In this document: piece after piece, positions 16,976-24,000 of the stretch
Numbering within the stretch: position 1 is the first letter of the stretch
Layout: the number at the start of each line of letters is the position of its first letter
Source of the DNA: Romboutsia sp. 1001713B170131_170501_G6
GTDB lineage: Bacteria > Bacillota > Clostridia > Peptostreptococcales > Peptostreptococcaceae
Reading direction: 5' to 3'
DNA: 24,000 nucleotides
NCBI RefSeq assembly: GCF_015668195.1
Contig: NZ_JADPFC010000012.1
Coordinates: 1-24,000 of the forward strand
The notes under the pieces: generated by a model
Databases searched by the model: none
Told to the model about the DNA's origin: nothing
Seen by the model: only the letters and a program-made list of their open reading frames with translations
Made by a program: the position numbers and the translations under genes

Positions 16976-17695
16976 CTATTTTATAGGACTTTTTGCAGGT
17001 TTACCTGCTTTTCTAGGATATTTTTCTGGAGTATTTCTTACTTTTTTGAAAACTAATATATTGTGGTCTAAATCAGTTTCTGGAAGTTCTACATCTATTT
17101 TTTCAATAAATTCCAATCCTAAGACATCCATAGCAGCTTTTGACTCCTCTAGCTCTAAGTTTGCATTAGGTCCTTTTAAACACACAAAATATCCTCCAAC
17201 TTTAACAAATGGTACACAGAATTCCATAAGTATAGGTAATCCTGCAACAGCTCTTGCAGTTGCTATATCATATTGTTCTCTATACTGTTCTGACTTGCCG
17301 AAATCTTCTGCTCTACCGTGTATAAACTCCATATTAGTTAAACCTAAAGTATTACTAACTTCTTTTAAGAAGTTTATTCTTTTGTTTAATGAATCTAAAA
17401 GAGTTACATTAGTATTTTCTAAGCAGATTTTTAATGGTAATCCTGGAAAACCTGCTCCTGTACCAACATCTATTATAGACATTCCATCTTTTATATACCC
17501 ATTAACTACAGCTGAAACAGAGTCCAAGAAGTGCTTTATATACACTTCTTTTTCCTCTTCTATTCCAGTAAGGTTCATCTTTTGATTCCAGTCGACTAGT
17601 AACTCTCTATAAACCTTAAAATCATTTAACATTTTATCGCTTGGCTCTATTCCAAAATCCTTTAGACCTTGTCTTAGCATTTCCGTATTATTCAT
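16976..17695 (-). CDS. rsmG: 16S rRNA (guanine527-N7)-methyltransferase RsmG (GidB)
   Basis: 239 aa with the SAM-binding motif [15 protein letters not shown]. Its ATG is embedded in the mnmG 3' end (GATGAATAA), giving an 8-nt overlap. Confidence 0.93.
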   Translation of the reverse strand: MNNTEMLRQGLKDFGIEPSDKMLNDFKVYRELLVDWNQKMNLTGIEEEKEVYIKHFLDSVSAVVNGYIKDGMSIIDVGTGAGFPGLPLKICLENTNVTLLDSLNKRINFLKEVSNTLGLTNMEFIHGRAEDFGKSEQYREQYDIATARAVAGLPILMEFCVPFVKVGGYFVCLKGPNANLELEESKAAMDVLGLEFIEKIDVELPETDLDHNILVFKKVRNTPEKYPRKAGKPAKSPIK

Positions 17696-19583
17696 CTTTT
17701 CCCCCTCTAGTTCTTCTCATTTGTTCTAAGTATATAAGAAGTACTGATATATCAGCTGGTGAAACCCCTGATATACGAGATGCTTGACCTATTGAAACTG
17801 GCTTTATATCATTAAGTTTTTGTCTTGCTTCTATTCTTAAACCATCTATAGTTGAATAGTCTATAGTTTCTGGTAACTTTTTGTTTTCAAGCTTTTTAAA
17901 TTGCTCTATTTGCTTTAATTGCTTGTCTATATATCCTTCATATTTTGTCATTATTACACATTGTTCTTTCACTTCATAGTGAACATCTTCTCCAGCACCT
18001 TTTCCTATAGCTTCGATTAAGTTATAGTTAACCTCTGGACGCTTTAAAAATTCATATAAAGATAATCCTACTTTTATTTCAGATGCTCCCATTTCTACTA
18101 AAAGGTGATTTACTTCCTTAGGAGTAACTCTTTCTGTTTTTAATCTCTCTAACTCTTTTTCTATCTCAGCTTTTTTATCTAAGAATCTATTGTATCTACT
18201 TTCTGTAACTAACCCTAAGTCATATCCTTTTTGAGTAAGTCTCATATCTGCATTATCTTGTCTTAAGTATAATCTATACTCTGATCTAGATGTCATCATT
18301 CTATAAGGTTCATTTGTTCCTTTAGTAACTAAGTCATCTATTAAAACACCTATATAAGCTTCTGATCTATCAAGTACAAATGGCTCTCTTCCTTGTATTT
18401 TACATGCTGCATTTATACCAGCTATAAGACCTTGGGCTGCTGCCTCTTCATATCCTGAAGTACCGTTAAACTGTCCCGCACTAAATAAGTTTTCAACACC
18501 CTTTATTTCAAGTGTTATTTTTAATTGAGTAGGATCTATGCAATCATATTCTATTGCATAAGCAGGTCTCATTATCTTAGCATTTTCAAGACCTTGAATA
18601 CTTTTATACATTTGTAATTGTACTTCATAAGGTAAACTAGTTGATATCCCTTGGATGTACATTTCTTTTGTTTCTCTACCTTCTGGCTCTATAAATATTT
18701 GATGAGATTCCTTATCACTAAATCTAACAACTTTATCTTCTATAGATGGGCAGTATCTTGCTCCTGTACTTTTTGCCTGTCCACTATACATTGCTGTTCT
18801 GCTTAAGTTACTTGTTATTATTTCATGAGTTTTTGTATTTGTTCTTGTTAAATAACAAGGCTCTTGATCTATATTTATTTCATCACTTAGGAAAGAGAAT
18901 GGTGTTATTCTTTTGTCACCCTCTTGTATTTCCATCTTAGTGAAATCTATACTATCTCTGTGAATTCTAGCAGGAGTTCCTGTTTTGAATCTTCTCATAT
19001 TTAATCCTAAATCCACTAGATTATCTGTTAAATGCTTTGAATAACCTAATGCATTAGGTCCTTCATTAATAGTTAATTCTCCTATGAATATCTTAGAGTT
19101 TAAGTAAACTCCTGTTGCTAATATTACAGCTTTAGCTTCATATTGGCATCCAAGTTTAGTAACTACTCCAGTAACAGTTTGACCTTCATGTAATATATCT
19201 ACTACTTCATCCATTACTATATCTATATTAGGTTCATTTTCTAAAGTAGCTTTCATTTCCGTATGATATCTAAATTTATCTGCTTGCCCTCTTAAAGAGT
19301 GAACAGCTGGACCTTTCGCAGTATTTAACATTCTACTTTGTATAAGTGTTTTATCTGCATTTACACCCATTTCACCACCTAAAGCATCTATTTCTTTTAC
19401 TAATTGACCTTTACCTGTTCCTCCCACTGATGGGTTACATGGCATTAGTGCAATAGAGTCTAAAGACATAGTTACTACTAGTGTTTTATGTCCCATTCTG
19501 GCAGTTGCTAAAGCAGCTTCACATCCGGCGTGACCTGCTCCAACTACTATTACATCATATTTTCCTGCTTTGAAATCTATCAT
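17688..19583 (-). CDS. mnmG: tRNA uridine-5-carboxymethylaminomethyl modification enzyme MnmG (GidA)
   Basis: The track ORF extends to 19619 (GTG). The likely start is the ATG at 19583 ([24 protein letters not shown], an FAD-binding fold), with GAAAGGA 7 nt upstream. Confidence 0.93.
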   Translation of the reverse strand: MIDFKAGKYDVIVVGAGHAGCEAALATARMGHKTLVVTMSLDSIALMPCNPSVGGTGKGQLVKEIDALGGEMGVNADKTLIQSRMLNTAKGPAVHSLRGQADKFRYHTEMKATLENEPNIDIVMDEVVDILHEGQTVTGVVTKLGCQYEAKAVILATGVYLNSKIFIGELTINEGPNALGYSKHLTDNLVDLGLNMRRFKTGTPARIHRDSIDFTKMEIQEGDKRITPFSFLSDEINIDQEPCYLTRTNTKTHEIITSNLSRTAMYSGQAKSTGARYCPSIEDKVVRFSDKESHQIFIEPEGRETKEMYIQGISTSLPYEVQLQMYKSIQGLENAKIMRPAYAIEYDCIDPTQLKITLEIKGVENLFSAGQFNGTSGYEEAAAQGLIAGINAACKIQGREPFVLDRSEAYIGVLIDDLVTKGTNEPYRMMTSRSEYRLYLRQDNADMRLTQKGYDLGLVTESRYNRFLDKKAEIEKELERLKTERVTPKEVNHLLVEMGASEIKVGLSLYEFLKRPEVNYNLIEAIGKGAGEDVHYEVKEQCVIMTKYEGYIDKQLKQIEQFKKLENKKLPETIDYSTIDGLRIEARQKLNDIKPVSIGQASRISGVSPADISVLLIYLEQMRRTRGGKDE

Positions 19584-19665
19584 GTCAGTATCCTTTCTAC
19601 GTTTATATTTATGTTTCACGAAAAACTTTTTTATAATTGCTTATCTGCATTTTATATTATACACT

Positions 19666-21045
19666 TTATTTTCCGATACAGAAGTTACTAAATATAGTAT
19701 CTAATAGGTCTTCTTTTACTGTGTCTCCATTTATATAACCTAGATAATCCCATATATTCTTGAAATCAACCTCTATAAAATCATATGGAAGGAATGTATC
19801 TATTGCATTTATAGCATCATTTATAGATTCATATGATTTTAATAATGCATCTTTGTGTCTAGAGTTAGTTATTACTAAGCTAGATGAATTTTTAACACTG
19901 CCTTTATAAACCATAGATTCTATTTTATCATATAATTCTTCAATTCCTTCATGTTTTAATGCTGATGTTCTTATTATATTTTCTTCTTTTACATACTTAG
20001 CTAATACATCTTCCTCTATTTTAGGTTCTAAATCTGTCTTATTTAATATAACTATAGTTTTCTTATTTTCTAGGTTTTCTAGTATTTCTATATCTTCATC
20101 AGAAAGATTTCTCGATGAATCTAATACCATTATAACTAAGTCTGCACTATTAAATGATTCTCTTGATTTTTCTACACCTATTTTTTCTACAACATCTTCT
20201 GTTTCTCTTATACCTGCTGTATCTACTATTTTTAGAGGTATTCCTTTTATATTTACAAACTCCTCTATAACATCTCTAGTTGTTCCTGGTATATCTGTAA
20301 CTATAGCTCTATTTTCTCCTAATATAGAGTTAAGTAATGAAGATTTTCCAACGTTTGGTTTACCAACTATTACTGTCTTAAGTCCGTCTCTAAGTATTTT
20401 ACCACTTTCAGCCGTATCATATAATTTTTTAATTTCTATTCTTATTTCTTCAGCTTTTTCTTTAAGAGTTTGATATGTTATTTCTTCTATATCCTCTTCT
20501 GAAAAATCTATTGCAACTTCTAAGTGTGCTAATACTTCTGTTACTTTTCCTCTTAATTCTTTTATCTTACTTGATAAAGATCCTTCTAGTTGGTTTTGAG
20601 CTACTTGATGAGCCATATCAGTTTTAGCTTTTATTACATCTATTATTGCTTCTGCTTGAGATAAATCTATTCTTCCATTTAAAAATGCTCTTTTTGTAAA
20701 TTCTCCAGGTTCAGCTATCCTTACATCTTTAGATAATATAAGCTCTAATATTTTCTTTACTGAAATAAATCCTCCATGGCAGTTTATTTCTATAACGTCT
20801 TCTGCAGTATATGAATTTGGTCCTTTCATATAAGCTAATAAAACTTCATCTATAACGTCTTCACCGTCTACTATATTTCCGTATATTAAAGTTCTAGTTT
20901 TATATTCACTTATTGTTTTTCCTGACATAGATCTAAATATTTCATCTGCTACTTTCAGTGCTTTTTGACCACTAATTCTTACTATACCTATACCACCTTC
21001 ACCTGGTGCTGTTGCAATCGCTGCTATAGTATCATCTATAAACAA
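19666..21045 (-). CDS. mnmE: tRNA modification GTPase MnmE (TrmE)
   Basis: G-domain motifs GKPNVGKSSLLN, DTAGIR and NKTDL, plus the C-terminal CIGK. The track start GTG at 21054 lies inside the GAGGTGA Shine-Dalgarno, so the TTG at 21045 (MFIDDTIAAIATAPGEGG) is more likely. The start is uncertain by 3 codons. Confidence 0.9.
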   Translation of the reverse strand: MFIDDTIAAIATAPGEGGIGIVRISGQKALKVADEIFRSMSGKTISEYKTRTLIYGNIVDGEDVIDEVLLAYMKGPNSYTAEDVIEINCHGGFISVKKILELILSKDVRIAEPGEFTKRAFLNGRIDLSQAEAIIDVIKAKTDMAHQVAQNQLEGSLSSKIKELRGKVTEVLAHLEVAIDFSEEDIEEITYQTLKEKAEEIRIEIKKLYDTAESGKILRDGLKTVIVGKPNVGKSSLLNSILGENRAIVTDIPGTTRDVIEEFVNIKGIPLKIVDTAGIRETEDVVEKIGVEKSRESFNSADLVIMVLDSSRNLSDEDIEILENLENKKTIVILNKTDLEPKIEEDVLAKYVKEENIIRTSALKHEGIEELYDKIESMVYKGSVKNSSSLVITNSRHKDALLKSYESINDAINAIDTFLPYDFIEVDFKNIWDYLGYINGDTVKEDLLDTIFSNFCIGK

Positions 21046-21124
21046 GTTAATCACCTCTTATTATTTAGTTAATTTATTATTAATTTCGTTATCTTTAATT
21101 CTTTCCTTAATCTTAACATTATAT

Positions 21125-21167
21125 AAAATAAATAACAAAAATAAAACCCCCTATTACATAGGAGGTT
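21125..21167 (-). terminator. Rho-independent terminator after jag
   Basis: On the minus-strand RNA: AACCUCCUAU-GUA-AUAGGGGGUU (21167-21145, one G-U pair), followed by UUUAUUUUUGUUAUUU. It lies 6 nt after the jag stop. Confidence 0.8.
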
Positions 21168-21172
21168 AAATT

Positions 21173-21799
21173 TTATCTTTTATACTCTATTACTAATCTT
21201 CTATATGGATCTGTTCCCTCGCTATACGTAGTTACATACTTATCGTTTTGAAGAGCTGAGTGAATTATTCTTCTCTCATATGGATTCATATAGTCTAATT
21301 TCTTTATTTTTTTAGTTCTAGCTACTTCTCTAGCTGCTTTATTAGCATATCTTATTAAAGATTCTTCTCTCTTTGATCTGTAGTTTTCTATATCTACAAG
21401 CACTCTCATATGCGAGTTTTTATTTATTTTATTAAGCGCTAATCCTGTAAGGAATTGAATTGAATCTAATGTTTCCCCTCTTCTTCCTATTAAACATGCA
21501 GCTTCTTTTCCTTCTATGTCTACTTTAATTAAATTATTATCTTGAGTAACCTTAACCTTAGCCTCTACATTAGAGTTCTTAAGTATATTTTCAACAAACT
21601 CTTTAGCTATATCTGACTCAGTTTTAATAACTTTGAATCTGTATAGACCTTCCTTAGCACCTATAAAACCTAAGAAACCTTTTGTAGGTTCTTGTACTGT
21701 TTCTATTTGTAAATCTTTTTCAGATACTTTTAGCTCTTCAATTGCTTGGCTTATAGCATCTTCCTTACTCTTACTTCTTATTTCTATGCTTTCCTTCAT
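21173..21799 (-). CDS. jag: RNA-binding protein Jag/KhpB (Jag_N, KH, R3H domains)
   Basis: 208 aa. The C-terminal R3H region is ...MNPYERRIIHSALQND.... Shine-Dalgarno AAGGAGGAAG lies 6 nt upstream. The start overlaps the yidC 3' end by 29 nt. Confidence 0.9.
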   Translation of the reverse strand: MKESIEIRSKSKEDAISQAIEELKVSEKDLQIETVQEPTKGFLGFIGAKEGLYRFKVIKTESDIAKEFVENILKNSNVEAKVKVTQDNNLIKVDIEGKEAACLIGRRGETLDSIQFLTGLALNKINKNSHMRVLVDIENYRSKREESLIRYANKAAREVARTKKIKKLDYMNPYERRIIHSALQNDKYVTTYSEGTDPYRRLVIEYKR

Positions 21800-22472
21800 C
21801 TATTACTTCCTCCTTAGAATTAGCTAACTTAGCTTTTAAAGGATTCATTACTAAATAATGTTGTGCAATTGAGAATAAGTTACCTACTGTCCAATATAAT
21901 GTAAGACCTGCAGGGAACGTGAATCCCCAGAATAACATCATCCCCGACATGAAGTAAGTCATTATCTTCATTGAACCTTGTTGCTGATCCTTTGGCATCA
22001 TTATCATTTGCATTAAAAATGTAGTTGCCCCTGATAATACAGCTAATATAATATCTGGTTGAGTTAGATTTTTTATCCAAAGAAACCCTTCAGATGCAGT
22101 CGCAAGTGTTGCTTTATCTTGGAAAACACCGTAAGTAACAGGATCTCTTAATACTGTAAATAATCCTATTAATATAGGCATTTGTATTAATAGTGGTAAG
22201 CATCCTGCTAATGGATTTATCTTAGCTTCTTGATATACCTTCATTAACTCTTGTTGTTGCTTTTCTGGCTTATTTTTATACATTTCTTGTATCTCTTTTA
22301 TTTTAGGCTGTATATCTTGCATAGCCTTTGTAGACTTAGTTTGCTTTATTGTAAGCGGTAATAATAAAACTTTTACAAAAATTGTGAATACAATTATTGA
22401 AAGACCATAATTTCCAATAAAGTCAAAAATTGTCTTTAACACAACACCTAATAAATTACTTATAATACTCAA
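21771..22472 (-). CDS. yidC: Membrane protein insertase YidC/OxaA (SpoIIIJ family)
   Basis: 233 aa, multi-pass, with the typical ...LLLPLTIKQTKS...MQ.IQPK..EIQ..YK... region. TTG start with AGGAGG 8 nt upstream. Confidence 0.92.
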   Translation of the reverse strand: MSIISNLLGVVLKTIFDFIGNYGLSIIVFTIFVKVLLLPLTIKQTKSTKAMQDIQPKIKEIQEMYKNKPEKQQQELMKVYQEAKINPLAGCLPLLIQMPILIGLFTVLRDPVTYGVFQDKATLATASEGFLWIKNLTQPDIILAVLSGATTFLMQMIMMPKDQQQGSMKIMTYFMSGMMLFWGFTFPAGLTLYWTVGNLFSIAQHYLVMNPLKAKLANSKEEVIDEGKHRNKK

Positions 22473-22501
22473 CTGTTATACCTCCTAGAGTATATTCTGT
22501 T

Positions 22502-22753
22502 TTATTTTAAAGGATCGTAACCTCCTGGATGAAAAGGATGGCATTTCGATACTCTTTTTACTGTTAAATATATTCCTTTTAATAGCCCGTATTTTTTAAA
22601 AGCTTCTATAGAATATTGTGAACATGTTGGATAAAATCTACATGTAGGTCCTTTTAATGGAGATATAAATTTTTGATAAAATCTCACTAGATAAATACAT
22701 AATTTCGCTAAGTATATATTTATTTCCTTCATTATAGCAATTATTTTTTTCAA
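22502..22753 (-). CDS. yidD: Membrane protein insertion efficiency factor YidD
   Basis: Contains [14 protein letters not shown]...[10 protein letters not shown], which is diagnostic of YidD. The start is uncertain: the TTG at 22753 has GGAGG 11 nt upstream, and an internal ATG (MKEINIY) is the alternative. Confidence 0.85.
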   Translation of the reverse strand: MKKIIAIMKEINIYLAKLCIYLVRFYQKFISPLKGPTCRFYPTCSQYSIEAFKKYGLLKGIYLTVKRVSKCHPFHPGGYDPLK

Positions 22754-22784
22754 ATTTTAAAATGCCTCCATATTTAGACTTTTA

Positions 22785-23135
22785 TTATTCACTTAATCTT
22801 AAGTTTGCTTTTTTTACCAAATATTTTACAGACTTTTCAATATCTTTATATTCAGCCTGATTACTTGCTATCCTTGCTATAAAAACTATATCATACCCAC
22901 TTTTAACGTTTTCATCTACATTTAATCTATATGATTCTCTTATTCTTCTTCTTATCTTATTTCTAACAATTGCTTTACCTACTTTTTTAGATACTGATAT
23001 ACCTAATTTAGTATCATCTGATTTGTTATCTAGTACATACATTACCAGATACTTAGTTGCAAAAGATTTGCCGTGTTTATACACTTTTCTAAAATCAGAG
23101 TCTTTTTTTAAGCCTTTTGTTTTCTTGAAGTCCAT
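22785..23135 (-). CDS. rnpA: Ribonuclease P protein component
   Basis: 116 aa, basic, with the RNR-type motif KAIVRNKIRRRIRE. Shine-Dalgarno is ACGGAGGG. The conserved rpmH-rnpA pairing supports the call. Confidence 0.93.
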   Translation of the reverse strand: MDFKKTKGLKKDSDFRKVYKHGKSFATKYLVMYVLDNKSDDTKLGISVSKKVGKAIVRNKIRRRIRESYRLNVDENVKSGYDIVFIARIASNQAEYKDIEKSVKYLVKKANLRLSE

Positions 23136-23179
23136 ATTAAACCCTCCGTAAACACAGCTTGTAAATATAGTTTCTACAC

Positions 23180-23203
23180 AAAAAGGCCACCTTTACAGCG
23201 GCC
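23180..23203 (-). terminator. Hairpin plus U5 between rpmH and rnpA (candidate attenuator or partial terminator)
   Basis: On the minus-strand RNA: GGCCGC-UGUAAAG-GUGGCC (one G-U pair), followed by UUUUU (23184-23180). It lies 12 nt after the rpmH stop. Confidence 0.5.
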
Positions 23204-23214
23204 TCTCTCAATGA

Positions 23215-23349
23215 TTAATGAGTTAATCTCTTTCTTCCTTTAGCTCTTCTTCTCTTTAACACGTTTCTTCCGTTAGAAGTTTTCATTCTTTTTCTGAATC
23301 CGTGTTCTTTTTTTCTTTGTCTTTTCTTTGGCTGATAAGTTCTTTTCAT
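23215..23349 (-). CDS. rpmH: 50S ribosomal protein L34
   Basis: Not in the ORF track because it is under 60 aa. Hand translation of the minus strand gives [44 protein letters not shown] followed by a stop: 44 aa and a classic L34 sequence. Shine-Dalgarno is AAAGGCGGTG. Confidence 0.95.
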   Translation of the reverse strand: MKRTYQPKKRQRKKEHGFRKRMKTSNGRNVLKRRRAKGRKRLTH

Positions 23350-23438
23350 TACATACACCGCCTTTCAAATTTTATTTCCGTTTATTTTCCGTTTATAAGA
23401 ATAATAACCTTACCCTCAAAGTAAACATAACACATACA

Positions 23439-23467
23439 ATTATAAATGCTTTTATATTGCTTGTCAA
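23439..23467 (-). promoter_or_regulatory. rpmH-rnpA operon promoter
   Basis: The minus strand reads a perfect TTGACA (23467-23462), a 17-nt spacer, then a perfect TATAAT (23444-23439). This implies a 5' UTR of about 80 nt. Confidence 0.75.
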
Positions 23468-23544
23468 CTTGTTTTTAGATACATGAAATAACAAAATTAT
23501 TTACCTTATTTTATATGTTTTGATGATTATTTAGTGACTCAAAT

Positions 23545-24000
23545 TTATCGTCATAATTTATCCACACTAATCTAAAAATCTGCTTATTTATTATGTAGGA
23601 AAATCGCGTAAATTGTAGCTGTGTATTAATTTATCAACAGGTAGTTAATATTGTGGATAAATTACGCATAATGCCTTGAAGTTTGGCACTTATTCTGATA
23701 TTATTAATATACTTGTTGATAATGTTTATAAGATTTATTAACTTATTAAGGTTATTCACAAGCTGTGGATATAAATGTGTATAACTTGTATACTTTTAGA
23801 TAATACTTTAGTTATAAACTACATTTATTATATCTTTAGACTATTTATAACTTTATATACATATTGTTTATATCTTTTTATTTTTTAATACATTTTTACA
23901 TTATTAATATTTTATCCACATAATTATCCAAATAAATCTAATGAATTTATTTATCATATATATTTTTTTGTTTTTTTGTTAATAACTTGTGGAAAGTGTT
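23545..24000. other. oriC-associated DnaA-box array (rpmH-dnaA intergenic region; runs off the window)
   Basis: Perfect boxes: TTATCCACA 23558-23566, TGTGGATAA 23652-23660 and TTATCCACA 23912-23920. One-mismatch boxes: TTATCAACA 23631-23639, TGTTGATAA 23714-23722, TTATTCACA 23752-23760, TGTGGATAT 23764-23772, TGTGTATAA 23776-23784 and TTATCCAAA 23924-23932. Weaker two-mismatch sites lie at 23545-23553 and 23988-23996. This is the classical location upstream of dnaA in Firmicutes. Confidence 0.85.

Noticed and set aside
17046-17585. 179-aa plus-strand ORF antisense to rsmG (the longest shadow ORF)
   Set aside because: It lies entirely inside the well-supported rsmG gene. In this relative frame, stops arise only at particular Tyr/His/Gln codon contexts of the sense gene, so long open antisense frames are expected. 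Its composition is Ser/Phe/Ile-rich and there is no Shine-Dalgarno.
19612-19627. parS-like sequence TGTTTCACGAAAAACT at the mnmG 5' end
   Set aside because: Only the left half matches TGTTTCACGTGAAACA; the right half has 3 mismatches. Scanning by eye for GTTTCAC and GTGAAAC, I found no full parS palindrome in the window, including inside parB. A by-eye scan is not exhaustive, so a matrix search is needed.
21880-22080. 66-aa minus-strand ORF inside yidC in another frame
   Set aside because: It is fully nested in yidC, which has clear family features. There is no ribosome-binding site or motif.

Overview
This is a low-GC Firmicute chromosomal window, Clostridia or Peptostreptococcaceae-like, lying directly to one side of the replication origin. 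Every credible gene is on the minus strand, transcribed away from a DnaA-box array at the right edge. That array is the rpmH-dnaA intergenic part of oriC; dnaA itself would lie beyond position 24000. From right to left the genes are: rpmH, rnpA, yidD, yidC, jag, mnmE, mnmG, rsmG, a Noc-type ParB paralog, soj, spo0J/parB, a class V cysteine-desulfurase-like gene, an HTH+TPR (RRNPP-type) regulator, yedF, DUF3343, DUF951, a class I/II aminotransferase, rpsF, ssb, rpsR, a MazG-like gene, yybS, gdpP, rplI, dnaB, a 101-aa orphan ORF, purA and tRNA-Lys(UUU). This is conserved core synteny. I saw no mobile element, CRISPR array, defence island or toxin-antitoxin pair, and I cannot honestly claim a clearly novel multi-gene system. 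The observations most worth a second look are: (1) a dense second cluster of seven DnaA boxes between the dnaB stop codon and its terminator, about 21 kb from oriC, which shares a 14-mer with the oriC array; (2) an orphan RRNPP-type regulator with no adjacent pro-peptide gene, sitting inside a selenium/sulfur-trafficking neighbourhood; (3) a ParB paralog with a Noc-type DNA-recognition region but no N-terminal membrane helix. Several six-frame ORF starts are over-extended into their own Shine-Dalgarno sequences and I have corrected them. All plus-strand ORFs in the track look like antisense shadows.
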